This document shows, one piece after another, positions 1 to 10,462 of a stretch of 64,000 nucleotides of DNA (its first letter is position 1; each line of letters starts with the position of its first letter). The notes below the pieces were generated by a model. The model searched no databases, was not told the DNA's origin, and was given only the letters and a program-made list of their open reading frames with translations. Origin of the DNA: an uncultured Planctomycetaceae bacterium (GTDB taxonomy: Bacteria; Planctomycetota; Planctomycetia; Isosphaerales; Isosphaeraceae); contig CAWIAD010000002.1 in NCBI GenBank assembly GCA_963833985.1, forward strand, positions 4,576,001-4,640,000, given 5' to 3'. Position numbers and translations under genes: made by a program.

Positions 1-135
1 CGCGGCCGGCTGCGCCCGCGTCTCCAAACACCAGGATCGACATCCCTGCACGTTCCAGGCTGCGGGCGGGGTCAGGCATCCGAGGTACCTCCAGGGCGTC
101 TGGACGCGGCATCGTGGGCGGACTGGCCGGGCGGG

Positions 136-1185
136 TCAAAGCCGCTTCGGCGGTACGGGTGCAGCACCCGCGGCCAGCAAGACCTCGGCCGGATCCGCCG
201 TCACGGGGCCGGTGCCGGCGTCGGCGGCCGGAACCGGCGCAGGGGAGATCTGGCCGCTCAGTAGACCCAGTGCAATCTGGATCGGGTCAGGAGGATGGTT
301 GCCGCAACGCTGCGGGTCGAAGGAATCGATCTGGAACAGCTCGACGCCGACGAACCTCTCATCCGTCCGGTGCGCGCGGCCCGAGAGGCTGTGACCCTCG
401 GCCCACTCGCGGGTGAGCGCGGCATAGGCCCGGCCAAGGTGCGAGCAGTACTGGGTGTAATCCGTGAGCAGCACTTGCGACGCGTGACAGTGGATGGCCC
501 ATTCCTTGGTGCGCTCGGCCTCGCCGTCGTAGCTGAAGTAGGCATTGGGCTGGGCAAGAGGCCCCCAGGGAGTCCAGCCGCTGAGCACCAGCGTGTCGGT
601 CAGGTTCGCGCCCAGCAGACCGATCGCGCCGAGCACCCGCGTCACCCGGTGGGCCGTGTGTGCATCATTGGCCGGAGGCAGAATAAGTCCGCCCGGCCGC
701 CGCTTGCCGAACCAGTCCACCACCTTCTCAACATCGGCCTCGGAGGGGAGATACCCCGGCATGCGGTACCCTTCAAGGTCCCAGCAGACCGCCTCGGCCC
801 CGAGGACGTTGCACTCCAGGCGGAACTCGGCCTCACGCACCGAGATCTTCTTCTGGTCGTTCAGCCAGGGTGCCGCCACGTTCCGTTCGCCGGCGAAGAC
901 CAGGACCTCGATCACCGGCAAGCCCCGCCGGACCGCGTATTCGTGAATGAGGCAGGCCGCGGTGATCGCCCCGTCGTCGGCGTGCGGGCAAAGCATCACC
1001 AGCGGCCGGTTCGGCCCCAGCACGTAGCGCAGGGACTCTCGAATATCGACAAGCTGCCCGTGGCTGCCGAAGCCGCGCATGGTGGCAATCAACCGATCGT
1101 ACTCGGCCCGCCAGGACGGCGAGCCCTTCGGCCGATCGGAAGAACCCAGCGCGGCCCCCAATCCCGACGCGCCCCTCTCGGACAT
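136..1185 (-). CDS. PIG-L/LmbE family deacetylase-like protein
   Basis: Motifs LCPHADDG, REAEFR, PPANDAHTAH and KEWAIHCHASQ correspond to the PIG-L HPDDE / R..E / HPDH / K..A..H.SQ pattern. Start placed at the ATG at 1185 within ORF 136..1416. Confidence 0.75.
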   Translation of the reverse strand: MSERGASGLGAALGSSDRPKGSPSWRAEYDRLIATMRGFGSHGQLVDIRESLRYVLGPNRPLVMLCPHADDGAITAACLIHEYAVRRGLPVIEVLVFAGERNVAAPWLNDQKKISVREAEFRLECNVLGAEAVCWDLEGYRMPGYLPSEADVEKVVDWFGKRRPGGLILPPANDAHTAHRVTRVLGAIGLLGANLTDTLVLSGWTPWGPLAQPNAYFSYDGEAERTKEWAIHCHASQVLLTDYTQYCSHLGRAYAALTREWAEGHSLSGRAHRTDERFVGVELFQIDSFDPQRCGNHPPDPIQIALGLLSGQISPAPVPAADAGTGPVTADPAEVLLAAGAAPVPPKRL

Positions 1186-1370
1186 TCGACCCCCAGTGGC
1201 GTGCGCACGACTTTCACGGATCGATCCGTGGAACACCACTTCATTCTGAGGGCCGCCCTCGCCGCCGTCAACCATTCCCGGCGATCCTCGGGCCGCAAGA
1301 TCCGTCAACCACCGCGCAGGCCGTCCATCCCCCGCCCCGGTTCCGCTCTCCCGTGCAGAGCTGGACCCGA

Positions 1371-1907
1371 TCAGATCGTGTGCTCCTCGAAGAGCCGGGC
1401 ACGGAACCGCGACCACTCGGAGACCGTGTGGTTCGGCTCGTCGCGGTGATGACCAATGTATTCCGTGAACAGCTTGTCCAGCAGGTCGAACCGTTCCGAG
1501 AGCGTGCGGACGACCGCGAGGGCCAGCGCCTCGGCCGCCCGCGGGTGCTCTTCACGCAGTCGATCATGGGCCGGATGATGCAATGTCAGCATCCAGACGG
1601 CCGTCTGGGCCCGGGCCGTGACGGTGGGCGGCTTGGGCTGGAAGAACGAGGTGGTGCCGAACACGGCCGGCGCCGCCAGCGTGGTCACGATCTCCTTGCG
1701 GCCATTGCTAAATGTCCTTTCCAGCTCGACAGATCCGTCGATCAGGAAGGTCAGGTGATCATTCGGCTGCCCCTGCGCCAGCAGGACGGCTCCGGCCGGG
1801 GCACGCTCCTCGGCCAGGGCGTTCAAAAGCGCCAGCTTGATGTCCCGATCCACGTCCACGAGCCAGGGTGCCGTCAGGAACCGTCTGGTCGCTTCCACGT
1901 CAAGCAT
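1371..1907 (-). CDS. Cyclic-nucleotide-binding domain protein (no HTH)
   Basis: AGAVLLAQGQPNDHLTFLIDGSVEL...PAVFG...TVTARA matches the cNMP-binding beta-barrel; 178 aa. Confidence 0.75.
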   Translation of the reverse strand: MLDVEATRRFLTAPWLVDVDRDIKLALLNALAEERAPAGAVLLAQGQPNDHLTFLIDGSVELERTFSNGRKEIVTTLAAPAVFGTTSFFQPKPPTVTARAQTAVWMLTLHHPAHDRLREEHPRAAEALALAVVRTLSERFDLLDKLFTEYIGHHRDEPNHTVSEWSRFRARLFEEHTI

Positions 1908-2281
1908 CTTCAGTCTCCTCGGGCTCAGTCCGGGGTCTAGAAGGGAGAGGTGATTCCAACCGCCGGTCGCTCCGCAAGCGCCCGCAAAGGCAGGATCTGC
2001 CTGCCGGCCCGCCGGCCGTGCATCCGGAATCTCTTCGCTCGCGGCTCGTCGTCTCTATCCTTTGCTACGAACCATGGTTCGCATTCCAGGAAGACCGGCA
2101 AATGAGGGAACTTTGCCGGGTGTAGGAATTGTCTACGTTCCGAGAGCAGCAGGCCAGCCGAAAACGGCGTTTGTTGCCGTCACTCCAGCCGATTGAGAAC
2201 AGCAAAGGAAGCCGCCCGAAGGTGAACGAACCAGTGCGAGTGGGCGGAGCGATCCAGTGGATGCCGGCGGAAGGAGTCGCC

Positions 2282-4288
2282 ATGAGACCGTCGCGAAGGC
2301 TTGGCGTGGTCACAATGCTGTTGCTCTGCGTCTCGGGGTGCGCAGGGGTACAGTCACGGCTGAGATGGCCCACAACCAATACGGACAGTGCGGCGCAGAA
2401 TCGTACCGCGCCCGCAGGCTGGTTCTCCTCGCGGTTTCAGCCCCGCACGGAGCAGACCCAGGCACAAACCCAGACGCAGATCCCGGCCGCGGACGCGGAC
2501 GCGGCACCGACGCCGACCTCGGCGAGCACACCGTCCGACCCGCCGGCCGCGCCCAGTGCCGGCAATACCCGGCCCAGCAACCCGGAGACGGAGATCTGGC
2601 CGGTGCCCCGATCCACGGGGCTCTCGCGATTCCTGCCCATCCTTGGATCGCGCGAGCAGGGGCCGAAAGGCCCATCGCAACCGGATCGCTACCCAAGCTA
2701 CGCGTCTCTCACGGCGCCCTACCACCCGCCGGACGACGCGATCGACCGCCTGATCCGCCGGGTCGGCGGTGAACCCGCCGATCCCCAGGAACCCGAGACG
2801 AAGCCAGCCGCCCTCCAGATGGCTGCAACGGCACCTGCCGATGCCCAAATGCCATCTGCCCGGCCCGGCCCGGCCGCGCAGCCCGCCAAGCTCTACAATT
2901 TGCCGGAGACGCGCGGCGATGTCGCCTTGCAGGTCGCTCCCGCCGAGCACGACGAACCGCAGCCGGTGAGCCCGAGGCCCACCACCCGCGACGAGACAGT
3001 CACGGACCTGCTGCGCGATCCGCTCATGGGAGAGGCCCCTCCAGCCGGTGCGGACCCAGCGCTGCCCCGGCGCGAACCCTACCTGATTCCGGCGGCCGCT
3101 GAATCCACTCAGCAGACCAAACCCGCGGCTCCTGCACCGCAACCGCCAGCACCAGGCCCGCCAGCGGCGGGCCCGCCTCCGCCCCCGCTGGGACCCACGA
3201 CGCCGGGCGCCAGTCCGCCTCCACCGCCTCTGGCTCCGGAGGCTTCCCCCGCACCCAGGCCGGCCCCGAACGCGGGACCGGTCCCGCCCACCCCTGGAAC
3301 GCCCTCTCAACCCGCCCCCGCAACGGCCCCCGCACCTGCACGCACAACCGCGCCGGCCCCGGCACAGGCACCCGCGCCGGTTCCGGTCCCGGCGCCCGAG
3401 CCGGTTCCGGCGCCCGCCACGCCCCCCAGCCCGGCCGCACCACCGGCCCAGCCTGTGGCCCCCGAGCCTGCACCAACCGCCGAACCTGGACCCAGACCCT
3501 CGCCGGCCGCGCCGGAACAAGGTCCTTCGGAGAACATCGCTCCCGCACCAGAGGTCGTGCCGGTCCCGACGAGCCAGAGCCAGCCGGCGGCCCTTGCGCC
3601 TGCCGGCGTGGCCTCAGCCCAGGCCCAGCCCCAGGGTCAAGCTCACGCCCGGATACCTGCCGCTCCATCGTCCCAGGCTGGTACCGCCCTCGCCTCTTCT
3701 CAGGCTGCTTCCGGAACGACCGCGCGTCACCGCTGGTCGTTGCGCGCCTGGTTGCACTCGCTGCACCAGCCTGCGCAGCCGCAGCCGCAATGCCAGCTCC
3801 CGGCCGTGATGTTCCCCCCCACCTACCAGGCCTGCATGGCCAGCGCCCAGACCAATTGCCCGCCGCAAGGTTCAGGCGTTCGTCCCGCACCCCAGTCCGT
3901 CCCGCAAGCCGGTGCGGCTCCCCCCTGCACCACCTGCGCCGCGGGCCGAGGCAAGGAAGGCCGGCTCTCCTGGTGCCATTACGGCATGCTCTCGGACTTC
4001 TTCGAGCAGATGCGGATCTGGCGGCACGGCTGTGCCTGCCCGTGCCACAACGAGGGGTACCGGTTCTGGCGCGGCAACTGCAAGAAATGCACCAGCAAGC
4101 AGGATGCGCCGGCCGGCTCAACGCCGCCGTCGGCCTCGCCACAGTCGAGTCCCGGCCCGAATGCCCCGACGGCAGCACCCCAGGCGCCCCTGGCCTCGGG
4201 CTCACGGGGCTCCGAAGCGGGCGAACTCGCGGAGGGGAGCCAGGTCCTCGAGCGCATCGCGGCCCAGGGCCTCGACAAAGCGCCTTAA
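2282..4288 (+). CDS. Pro/Ala-rich putative lipoprotein with Cys-rich C-terminal region
   Basis: N-terminus MRPSRRLGVVTMLLLCVSGC resembles a lipoprotein signal. Long low-complexity PA-rich region, then CTTC, CACPCH and CKKC near the C-terminus. Confidence 0.6.
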   Translation: MRPSRRLGVVTMLLLCVSGCAGVQSRLRWPTTNTDSAAQNRTAPAGWFSSRFQPRTEQTQAQTQTQIPAADADAAPTPTSASTPSDPPAAPSAGNTRPSNPETEIWPVPRSTGLSRFLPILGSREQGPKGPSQPDRYPSYASLTAPYHPPDDAIDRLIRRVGGEPADPQEPETKPAALQMAATAPADAQMPSARPGPAAQPAKLYNLPETRGDVALQVAPAEHDEPQPVSPRPTTRDETVTDLLRDPLMGEAPPAGADPALPRREPYLIPAAAESTQQTKPAAPAPQPPAPGPPAAGPPPPPLGPTTPGASPPPPPLAPEASPAPRPAPNAGPVPPTPGTPSQPAPATAPAPARTTAPAPAQAPAPVPVPAPEPVPAPATPPSPAAPPAQPVAPEPAPTAEPGPRPSPAAPEQGPSENIAPAPEVVPVPTSQSQPAALAPAGVASAQAQPQGQAHARIPAAPSSQAGTALASSQAASGTTARHRWSLRAWLHSLHQPAQPQPQCQLPAVMFPPTYQACMASAQTNCPPQGSGVRPAPQSVPQAGAAPPCTTCAAGRGKEGRLSWCHYGMLSDFFEQMRIWRHGCACPCHNEGYRFWRGNCKKCTSKQDAPAGSTPPSASPQSSPGPNAPTAAPQAPLASGSRGSEAGELAEGSQVLERIAAQGLDKAP

Positions 4289-5695
4289 TCCCAGCTCGAG
4301 CTGGTCCGCGATCTCGGTATGCTGCTCGATGACATTGTTCTGTTCCCAGCGATCTTCCGGCTTGCGGTAGAGCTCGCTGGACCTGGGCTCGTCCGGGTCG
4401 GACTCGAGCGGCATGATCAGGTGCCAGTGATGGGTCCGGATAGCGAACTCCTCGACGTCCATGCCCATGCAAGCGTAGTCGCGCAGCTTGGTCTTTTCAC
4501 CGCGGATCAAGGGGAGCAGGTCCTGTCCGTGGAGCGGAGGATCGCGGTCCTCGGTGGAGCGGATTCCGAGCGCTTCAAGAACCGTCGGCAGCAGATCAAC
4601 GGTCTGGACCAGGGCCTGGTGCCGGCCGCCGCCGAACTTGCCGCCGGGCATGCGCACGATGAGCGGCGTGTGCACGAGCTCCTCGTACAGCCAGGGCCGG
4701 AAGCGGCGCACGTAGCCGTGCTCACCGAGCGGCTCACCCTGGTCACTGGTGAAGATGACCAGGGTATCGTCGAGCCGGCCCATGCGCCGCAGGGCGTCGA
4801 ACAGTGTTCCCAGCCAGTGATCCACCAGGGTGACGGTGCCGGCGTAGGTGCGGCGGAGGCGAAACAGTTCGGCCTCGCTGAGGACGTCGCCCACCGCGCC
4901 GGCGGGCACGTCGATGAGCACCGGAACGTCCTCGATGGCGATCTCCTCGGCGTCCCCGGACAGATCCTCGACCAGGTCGCCCTCCTCGTCCGACTCGAAT
5001 TCGTCGGGCTCGACCGCGGCGTACTGGTCGCGATAGGGTTGTGGCGGGTCCCACGGCCCGTGGGGGCTGAACAGGTCCAGCCAGAGCAGGAACGGGTCCT
5101 TGCGGCTGCCGCGCCGATCCAGCCAGTCGATGGCCGAGTGGACGGTCCGGGCGACGCTCGTGTTCGGGTCGCTGCCGCTGTTCAGGACGGCCCGGTTCCG
5201 CAGGAACTGTTCCCAGCGTTTCTTCCAGAGGTCGAGGTCCGGGTCGTCGTCGGCAGGGAGGCGCAGCCCCAGCTCGTCCGCCAGGCGGACATTCCGCGTG
5301 CGCGGATCCGAGGGAGGAACCAGGGGGTCATAACCGGCTCCGCGCACCCAGATCACTTCGTCGAAGCCGCGGCCGTAGCCCAGCCCCGCCTCTCGGAGCA
5401 AGGGAACATCCGAGATCAGCGCCGTGGCCACGCCCTGGTCCCAGAGCCAATCCGGCAGGATCCGCTCGTCGCTCCGCAGGGCCGTCCAGCCGGCGTCCGG
5501 ATCGGCAAACCCATAGCGCCCGGTCCACCAGCTTCGCCGGGTTGGGAGCGTGGTCAGGTTCTCGGGGAAATGATGATCGAAAACGGTGCCCTCGGCCGCC
5601 AGGCGATCGAGGTGGGGCGTCTCGATCCAGGCATTGCCATAGGCTCCAAGGAACCCCAGATGCAGGCTGTTGCACACCACGACGATGACGTTCAT
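4202..5695 (-). CDS. Sulfatase-like hydrolase (alkaline phosphatase superfamily)
   Basis: MNVIVVVCNSLH, ETPHLDRLAAEG, TLPTRRSWWTGRY, SPHGPWDPP, FTSDQGEPLGEHG, LYEELVHTPLIVR, DLLPT. Confidence 0.85.
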   Translation of the reverse strand: MNVIVVVCNSLHLGFLGAYGNAWIETPHLDRLAAEGTVFDHHFPENLTTLPTRRSWWTGRYGFADPDAGWTALRSDERILPDWLWDQGVATALISDVPLLREAGLGYGRGFDEVIWVRGAGYDPLVPPSDPRTRNVRLADELGLRLPADDDPDLDLWKKRWEQFLRNRAVLNSGSDPNTSVARTVHSAIDWLDRRGSRKDPFLLWLDLFSPHGPWDPPQPYRDQYAAVEPDEFESDEEGDLVEDLSGDAEEIAIEDVPVLIDVPAGAVGDVLSEAELFRLRRTYAGTVTLVDHWLGTLFDALRRMGRLDDTLVIFTSDQGEPLGEHGYVRRFRPWLYEELVHTPLIVRMPGGKFGGGRHQALVQTVDLLPTVLEALGIRSTEDRDPPLHGQDLLPLIRGEKTKLRDYACMGMDVEEFAIRTHHWHLIMPLESDPDEPRSSELYRKPEDRWEQNNVIEQHTEIADQLELGLRRFVEALGRDALEDLAPLREFARFGAP

Positions 5696-6229
5696 GGGTG
5701 TGATTGTAATGGGCCGGAAGGAGGCAGGGAAGGTCGCTGGCAGTCCGTCGGGACGAACCTCTCGCCCACGGACTTGCCCTGGTACTGAGGCCTGGCCGTG
5801 CTCCGCGAGCTGAGGCGCTTGCGCGTGAGCTGATCCACCGGGCACGGTACCAGCTTACCGCCCTGGGTATGCGTCCAGGACAATGCGCGACGCAGTGCGT
5901 CACGAATTTGGCAACTCTGGAAAAGGCACGCATGTTTCGCAGGTATTCTATGCATGGCCGGGCGCGGGGCGAGCCGCGAACGCGCGTCGTGCGCACAAAG
6001 TTCTCGTGCGGCGGGCTTGCGGCTGCGTGCCGGCTCACGCGCGCCGGGGTGCCCGTCCTCGCGGGAGCCGTGTGATGCGTTCGGGGGTGCCGGCCCACGC
6101 GCGCCGGGACGCCCCTCAAACCGGCGCGAGAGCGGCCGATCGAGGCCCTTTTGGAGGCCCCGACGCTCTGATAGCATGAGCGCTGATCCACGGTCCGATG
6201 AAATGTCATGGACGCCAGGAGATGACGCG

Positions 6230-9200
6230 ATGAGTAGATCACCCGAGCACCGAGGCACCCCGAACGTCTGCACCAGCGCCTCCGCTGCTGGCGCTGCTGG
6301 CGTGGCTGGCGGCCGCTGGCGCGGCTGCACCGGCGGCGGCCGCTCAGGGTTTCGGCCCCACCACGATCCACGACCTGAAGGTCAGCTCGCCCGTGTCCGC
6401 GCAGGTTTTTCAACGCGACGCCAACGACCGCGCCGTGATTCCCGTCACCATCGATGCGTCGTCACTCAAGGACGCGACGCTGGTGAGCGCGACGGTCGTC
6501 ACCCAGAACCACGAGCCCAACGCTGACCGCCAGCTCGCGGATCGCGTGACGTTCTACGAGAACAAGCTGGTCGGCGTCCCGGTGGGAGGGCCCTACGAGG
6601 TCCAGCTCACCGTGAGGCGGAACAACCAGCAGGTGATGCAGCCGATCGGGCCGATCTACGTGGGCGACCTCTGGGTGCTGGCCGGGCAGTCCAACATGGA
6701 GGGCGTGGGTGACCTGGTTGATGTCACCCCGCCTCATCCTCTGGTCATGTCCCTGGGAATGAACGGCAAGTGGGCCCGGGCCGAGGAGCCGCTCCATTGG
6801 CTGGTGGATTCGCCCGATGCCGTGCACTCGGGCAATCCCGGCGATCGCGCGGCGCGCGCCGCCCAGGAGCACAGGAACCGCAAGAAGGGCGCCGGGCTGG
6901 GGCTCCCCTTCGCCGTGTCGCTCGTCGAACAGACGCACGTGCCGATCGGACTGGTCGCCTGCGCCCACGGCGGCACGAGCATGGATCAGTGGAACCCGGC
7001 CAGAAAGCACGAGGGGGGCAATAGCCTGTACGGCTCTTTGCTCCGCCAGATCCAGCTTGCCGGCGGCAAGGTCAAGGGCGTGCTCTGGTACCAGGGCGAG
7101 AGCGACGCCAACCCGGAGGCCTCAAAGGTCTACCCGCGCGTCTTCGCGGACTTCATCGCCGCGGTGCGGGCTGATCTGAACCAGCCCGAACTCCCCTTCT
7201 ATTACGTGCAGATCGGCCGGTTCGTCCATGACGGCGCCCCGGGGCCGTGGAACGATATCCAGGAAGCCCAGCGCAAACTGCCGGAACGCGTGTCCGGCAC
7301 GGCCGTGGTCTCGGTGATCGACCTCGAGCTCGACGACCTGATCCACGTGGGAACCCAGGGACAGAAGCGCGCCGGGGCACGTCTGTCGCGGATCGCCGCG
7401 CGCGAGCTCTTCGGCCAGCTGGGAGCCACCACACCGACGCTCGACCGCGTCTCCCGCGGACCGCACAACACCCTCGTGGTGAAGTTCAAGGATGTCAACA
7501 TGCAAGGCGTGCAGGGTGTCATGGGCATGACCATGCAGCGCACGGGGGGGATGGGCGGGGGCCGGATGGCGTCGGCAGGCATGCGCATGACGCCCAGCGC
7601 CGGCGAATTCGCCGGCCGGGGTCTTGCGCCGAGCGGCACATTGCCGGCTTCTCGATTCGCAAGGAGGACGGCACGCCCATTCCGGTCATCTTCGAGGCCG
7701 CCGTGGGACAGGCCCGAGACACCGTGGTCCTCAAGCTGGCCGGGCCTCTCCCCGAGAAAGCCAACCTCTGGTACGGCTACGGAGTCGACCCCTATTGCAA
7801 CCTGATCGATAGCGCCGATATGGCGGTTCCGGTCTTCGGGCCGATCGCGCTGGACGAGGCCTCGGAGCCGAAGGCCCCGGCGGCGGCGCTCGCAACCCCC
7901 GCGTCCCACTCTCAGGCTCCACGTCCGAACCCAGGCCCTGGCTCCGAGCCGGGCCACTCTCAGGGGCCAATCAAGGTCCTCATCATCACCGGCGACCACG
8001 GCCACGACTGGAAGGCAACCACTCCGAAGCTCAAGGAGATTCTTGCTCCCGGCGGCAAGATTGCAGTGGATGTCACCACCGAGCCGGCCAGGGACCTGAC
8101 GGACGCCAACCTGGCGAAGTACGACGTGCTGCTCTTGAACTACAAGGACACGCCCGGCGGCAAGCTGGAGACGAAGTGGTCCGACGCGAACAAGCAGGCG
8201 TTCCTGAAGGCCGTCCACGACGGCAAGGGGCTCGTGGTTTTCCACTTCGCCTCCAGTGCGTTCACCAGGCCGAACTGGGCCGAGTTTGAAAAGGCAATCT
8301 GCGGTGGCTGGCGAAACCAGGGCTTCCACGGCCCGAAGCACGTCTACACGGTGAAGAAGACCGCGATCGACCATCCGATCTCCCGCGGGCTCCCCGACCA
8401 CTTCCAGCACACCATCGACGAGCTTTACCAGAACTCCATGATGGTTCCCGGCAATACCGTGCTGGCGACGGCCTATTCCGACCCGGGCAAGCCCCGCGGC
8501 ACCGGCAAGGACGAGCCGGTCATCTGGGTGAACAGCTACGGCAGGGGTCGCGTTTATGTCAACGCCCTGGGCCATGACGTGGAGGCGATGTCGGACCCGA
8601 ACTTCCACGAGTGGATGCGCCGGGGGGTGATCTGGGCGGCGACAGGTGAGGTGGGTCCCCATGCCAGCACCGGGAACGGTCAGCGCCTGCTGCCGCGCTC
8701 CGAGTACCTTGACCGGATGAAGGCCGGCTGGATCGGCCAGATGGCCGGCGTCGGCTTCGGCGGGCCGACGGAGTTCCGCCACCAGGGCGAGCTGGTCCCC
8801 GAGAACAAGCTGCCGCAGTGGAAGCCGGCGATGATCAACCAGTTCAATCAGGACGATCTGTACGTCGAGATGACGTTTCTGCGTACGCTCGAAGAGCACG
8901 GACTGGGCGTCTCCGCGCCAGGCGGGCATCGACTTCGCCAACAGCCGCTACCCGCTCTGGCACGCCAACGACGCGGGACGCAAGCTGTTGCGCCAGGGCA
9001 TCGCGCCGCCGGACTGCGGACATCCCGCCCTGAACGACCACGCCGACGATATCGATTACCAGATCGAGGCCGACTTCTCGGGCCTGATCGCCCCGAGCTT
9101 GCCCAACACGGTCATCAGCCTGGGCGAGACCTTCGGCCGGCTCATGAACTACGGCGACGGCCTCTACGGCGGCCAGTTCATGGGCGCCATGTACGCCGAA

Positions 9201-9869
9201 GCCTTCTTCGAGACCGACATGGAGAAGATCATCCGGGCCGGCCTGGCCGCCATCCCGCGCGGCAGCCAGTACCACGAGGCCATCTCCGACGTGCTGGCCT
9301 GGCACCGCGAAAACCCCCAGGACTGGCAAGCCACCTGGCGGAAGATTGATGAGAAATACCAGAAGAACTTGCAGTACCGCCGGTTCTCGTGCAGCAAGAA
9401 CGAGACTCCGCCCTACCGGTTCAACATCGACGCCAAGCTCAACGGAGCGTACGTGGTGATGGGCCTGCTGTACGGCGAGCGCGACCTGGACCGCACCATC
9501 ACCATCGCCACGCGCTGCGGCCAGGATTCCGACTGCAACCCGGCCAATGCCGCGGGCGTCCTGTGCACGACGATCGGCTACGCGAATTTGCCCGCGAAGT
9601 ACACCTCTGGTCTGAAGACGACGAGGCAGTTCAACTCCACGCCCTACACGTTCCCCAGGCTGATCGAGGTCTGCGAGCGGCTGGCCGAGCAGGCGGTACT
9701 GCAATCGGGAGGAAGAATCGACCGCAGCGCCGATGGTCGGGAAGCGTTTCTCATCCCCGTTCAAACGCCCCGGCCCAGCGCCCTGGAATCGTGCTGGGAC
9801 GCCCGGCCAAAAACGGGAAGCCGGTTTACCCCCGACGAGCTGAAGCAGATTCACGATCCGGGAAAGTGA
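6230..9869 (+). CDS. Secreted multidomain protein: sialate O-acetylesterase (SASA/DUF303) + ThuA-like + ADP-ribosylglycohydrolase; apparent frameshifts near 6250, 7630 and 8915
   Basis: GGAGA RBS before ATG 6230; signal peptide LLALLAWLAAAG in the adjacent frame. SASA motifs AGQSNMEG, WYQGESDA and DLIH. ThuA motifs IKVLIITGDHGHDW, DELY and GRVYVNALGHD. ARH start EYLDRMKAGWIGQ, plus DDLYVE, DDIDYQIE and GQDSDCN. The pieces join across ORFs 6393..7805, 7247..9349 and 8988..9869. Confidence 0.7.
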
Positions 9870-9896
9870 GCGCAGGGTTGGACCAGAGCGGAGGAG

Positions 9897-10271
9897 TTGA
9901 TCGCCGCGATGCTTCCCGCAGGCCAGCGTGACTACAGTTCGATCCGCCTCTCGCGGCATGCGCTGGAGCGGTTCGTGGAGCGGTTCGGTGTCGAGCCCGA
10001 AGCGGCCGCCGATCAGCTCCGCGGCACGCTGGCGCGGACACGCCGCCTGGGCCGGAATCCCGAGACGGGCGCCATCGCCGTTCTTGCCGTCTGCGCCGGC
10101 CGCGCCCTGGTGGCCATCTTGCAGGACTCAAGCTGCCTGACCGTCCTGACCTGGAACCAGTTTGTCCCCCGCCTCCCCGAGTTCGGCCGCAGCAAGATGC
10201 CCCGCAAGTGGGGCCGGATGCTCGGCCGGCTCGTCGCCGGGCCGGAGGCCGATCTCCCGCGCGAGCCCTGA
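9897..10271 (+). CDS. Small hypothetical protein
   Basis: GGAGGAG RBS at about 9890; ORF with typical codon usage and motif RLSRHALERFVERF. Confidence 0.6.
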   Translation: MIAAMLPAGQRDYSSIRLSRHALERFVERFGVEPEAAADQLRGTLARTRRLGRNPETGAIAVLAVCAGRALVAILQDSSCLTVLTWNQFVPRLPEFGRSKMPRKWGRMLGRLVAGPEADLPREP

Positions 10272-10462
10272 ATCGCGCAACAAGTGGTCGGGCCGTGATC
10301 CCGCGCCAGGCCACGAACCAGGCCGTGCAGGACCGGGCGGACGGGAATCGGTCGATCGCCGGGTTGGATTTCGGGCCGAACACGGCCATAATGCCGCTAC
10401 TTCCACTCAAAGCACGTTCTCGCTTCCGCCCCGTCCCAGAGCCCCTTGCAGGAGAAAACCGG

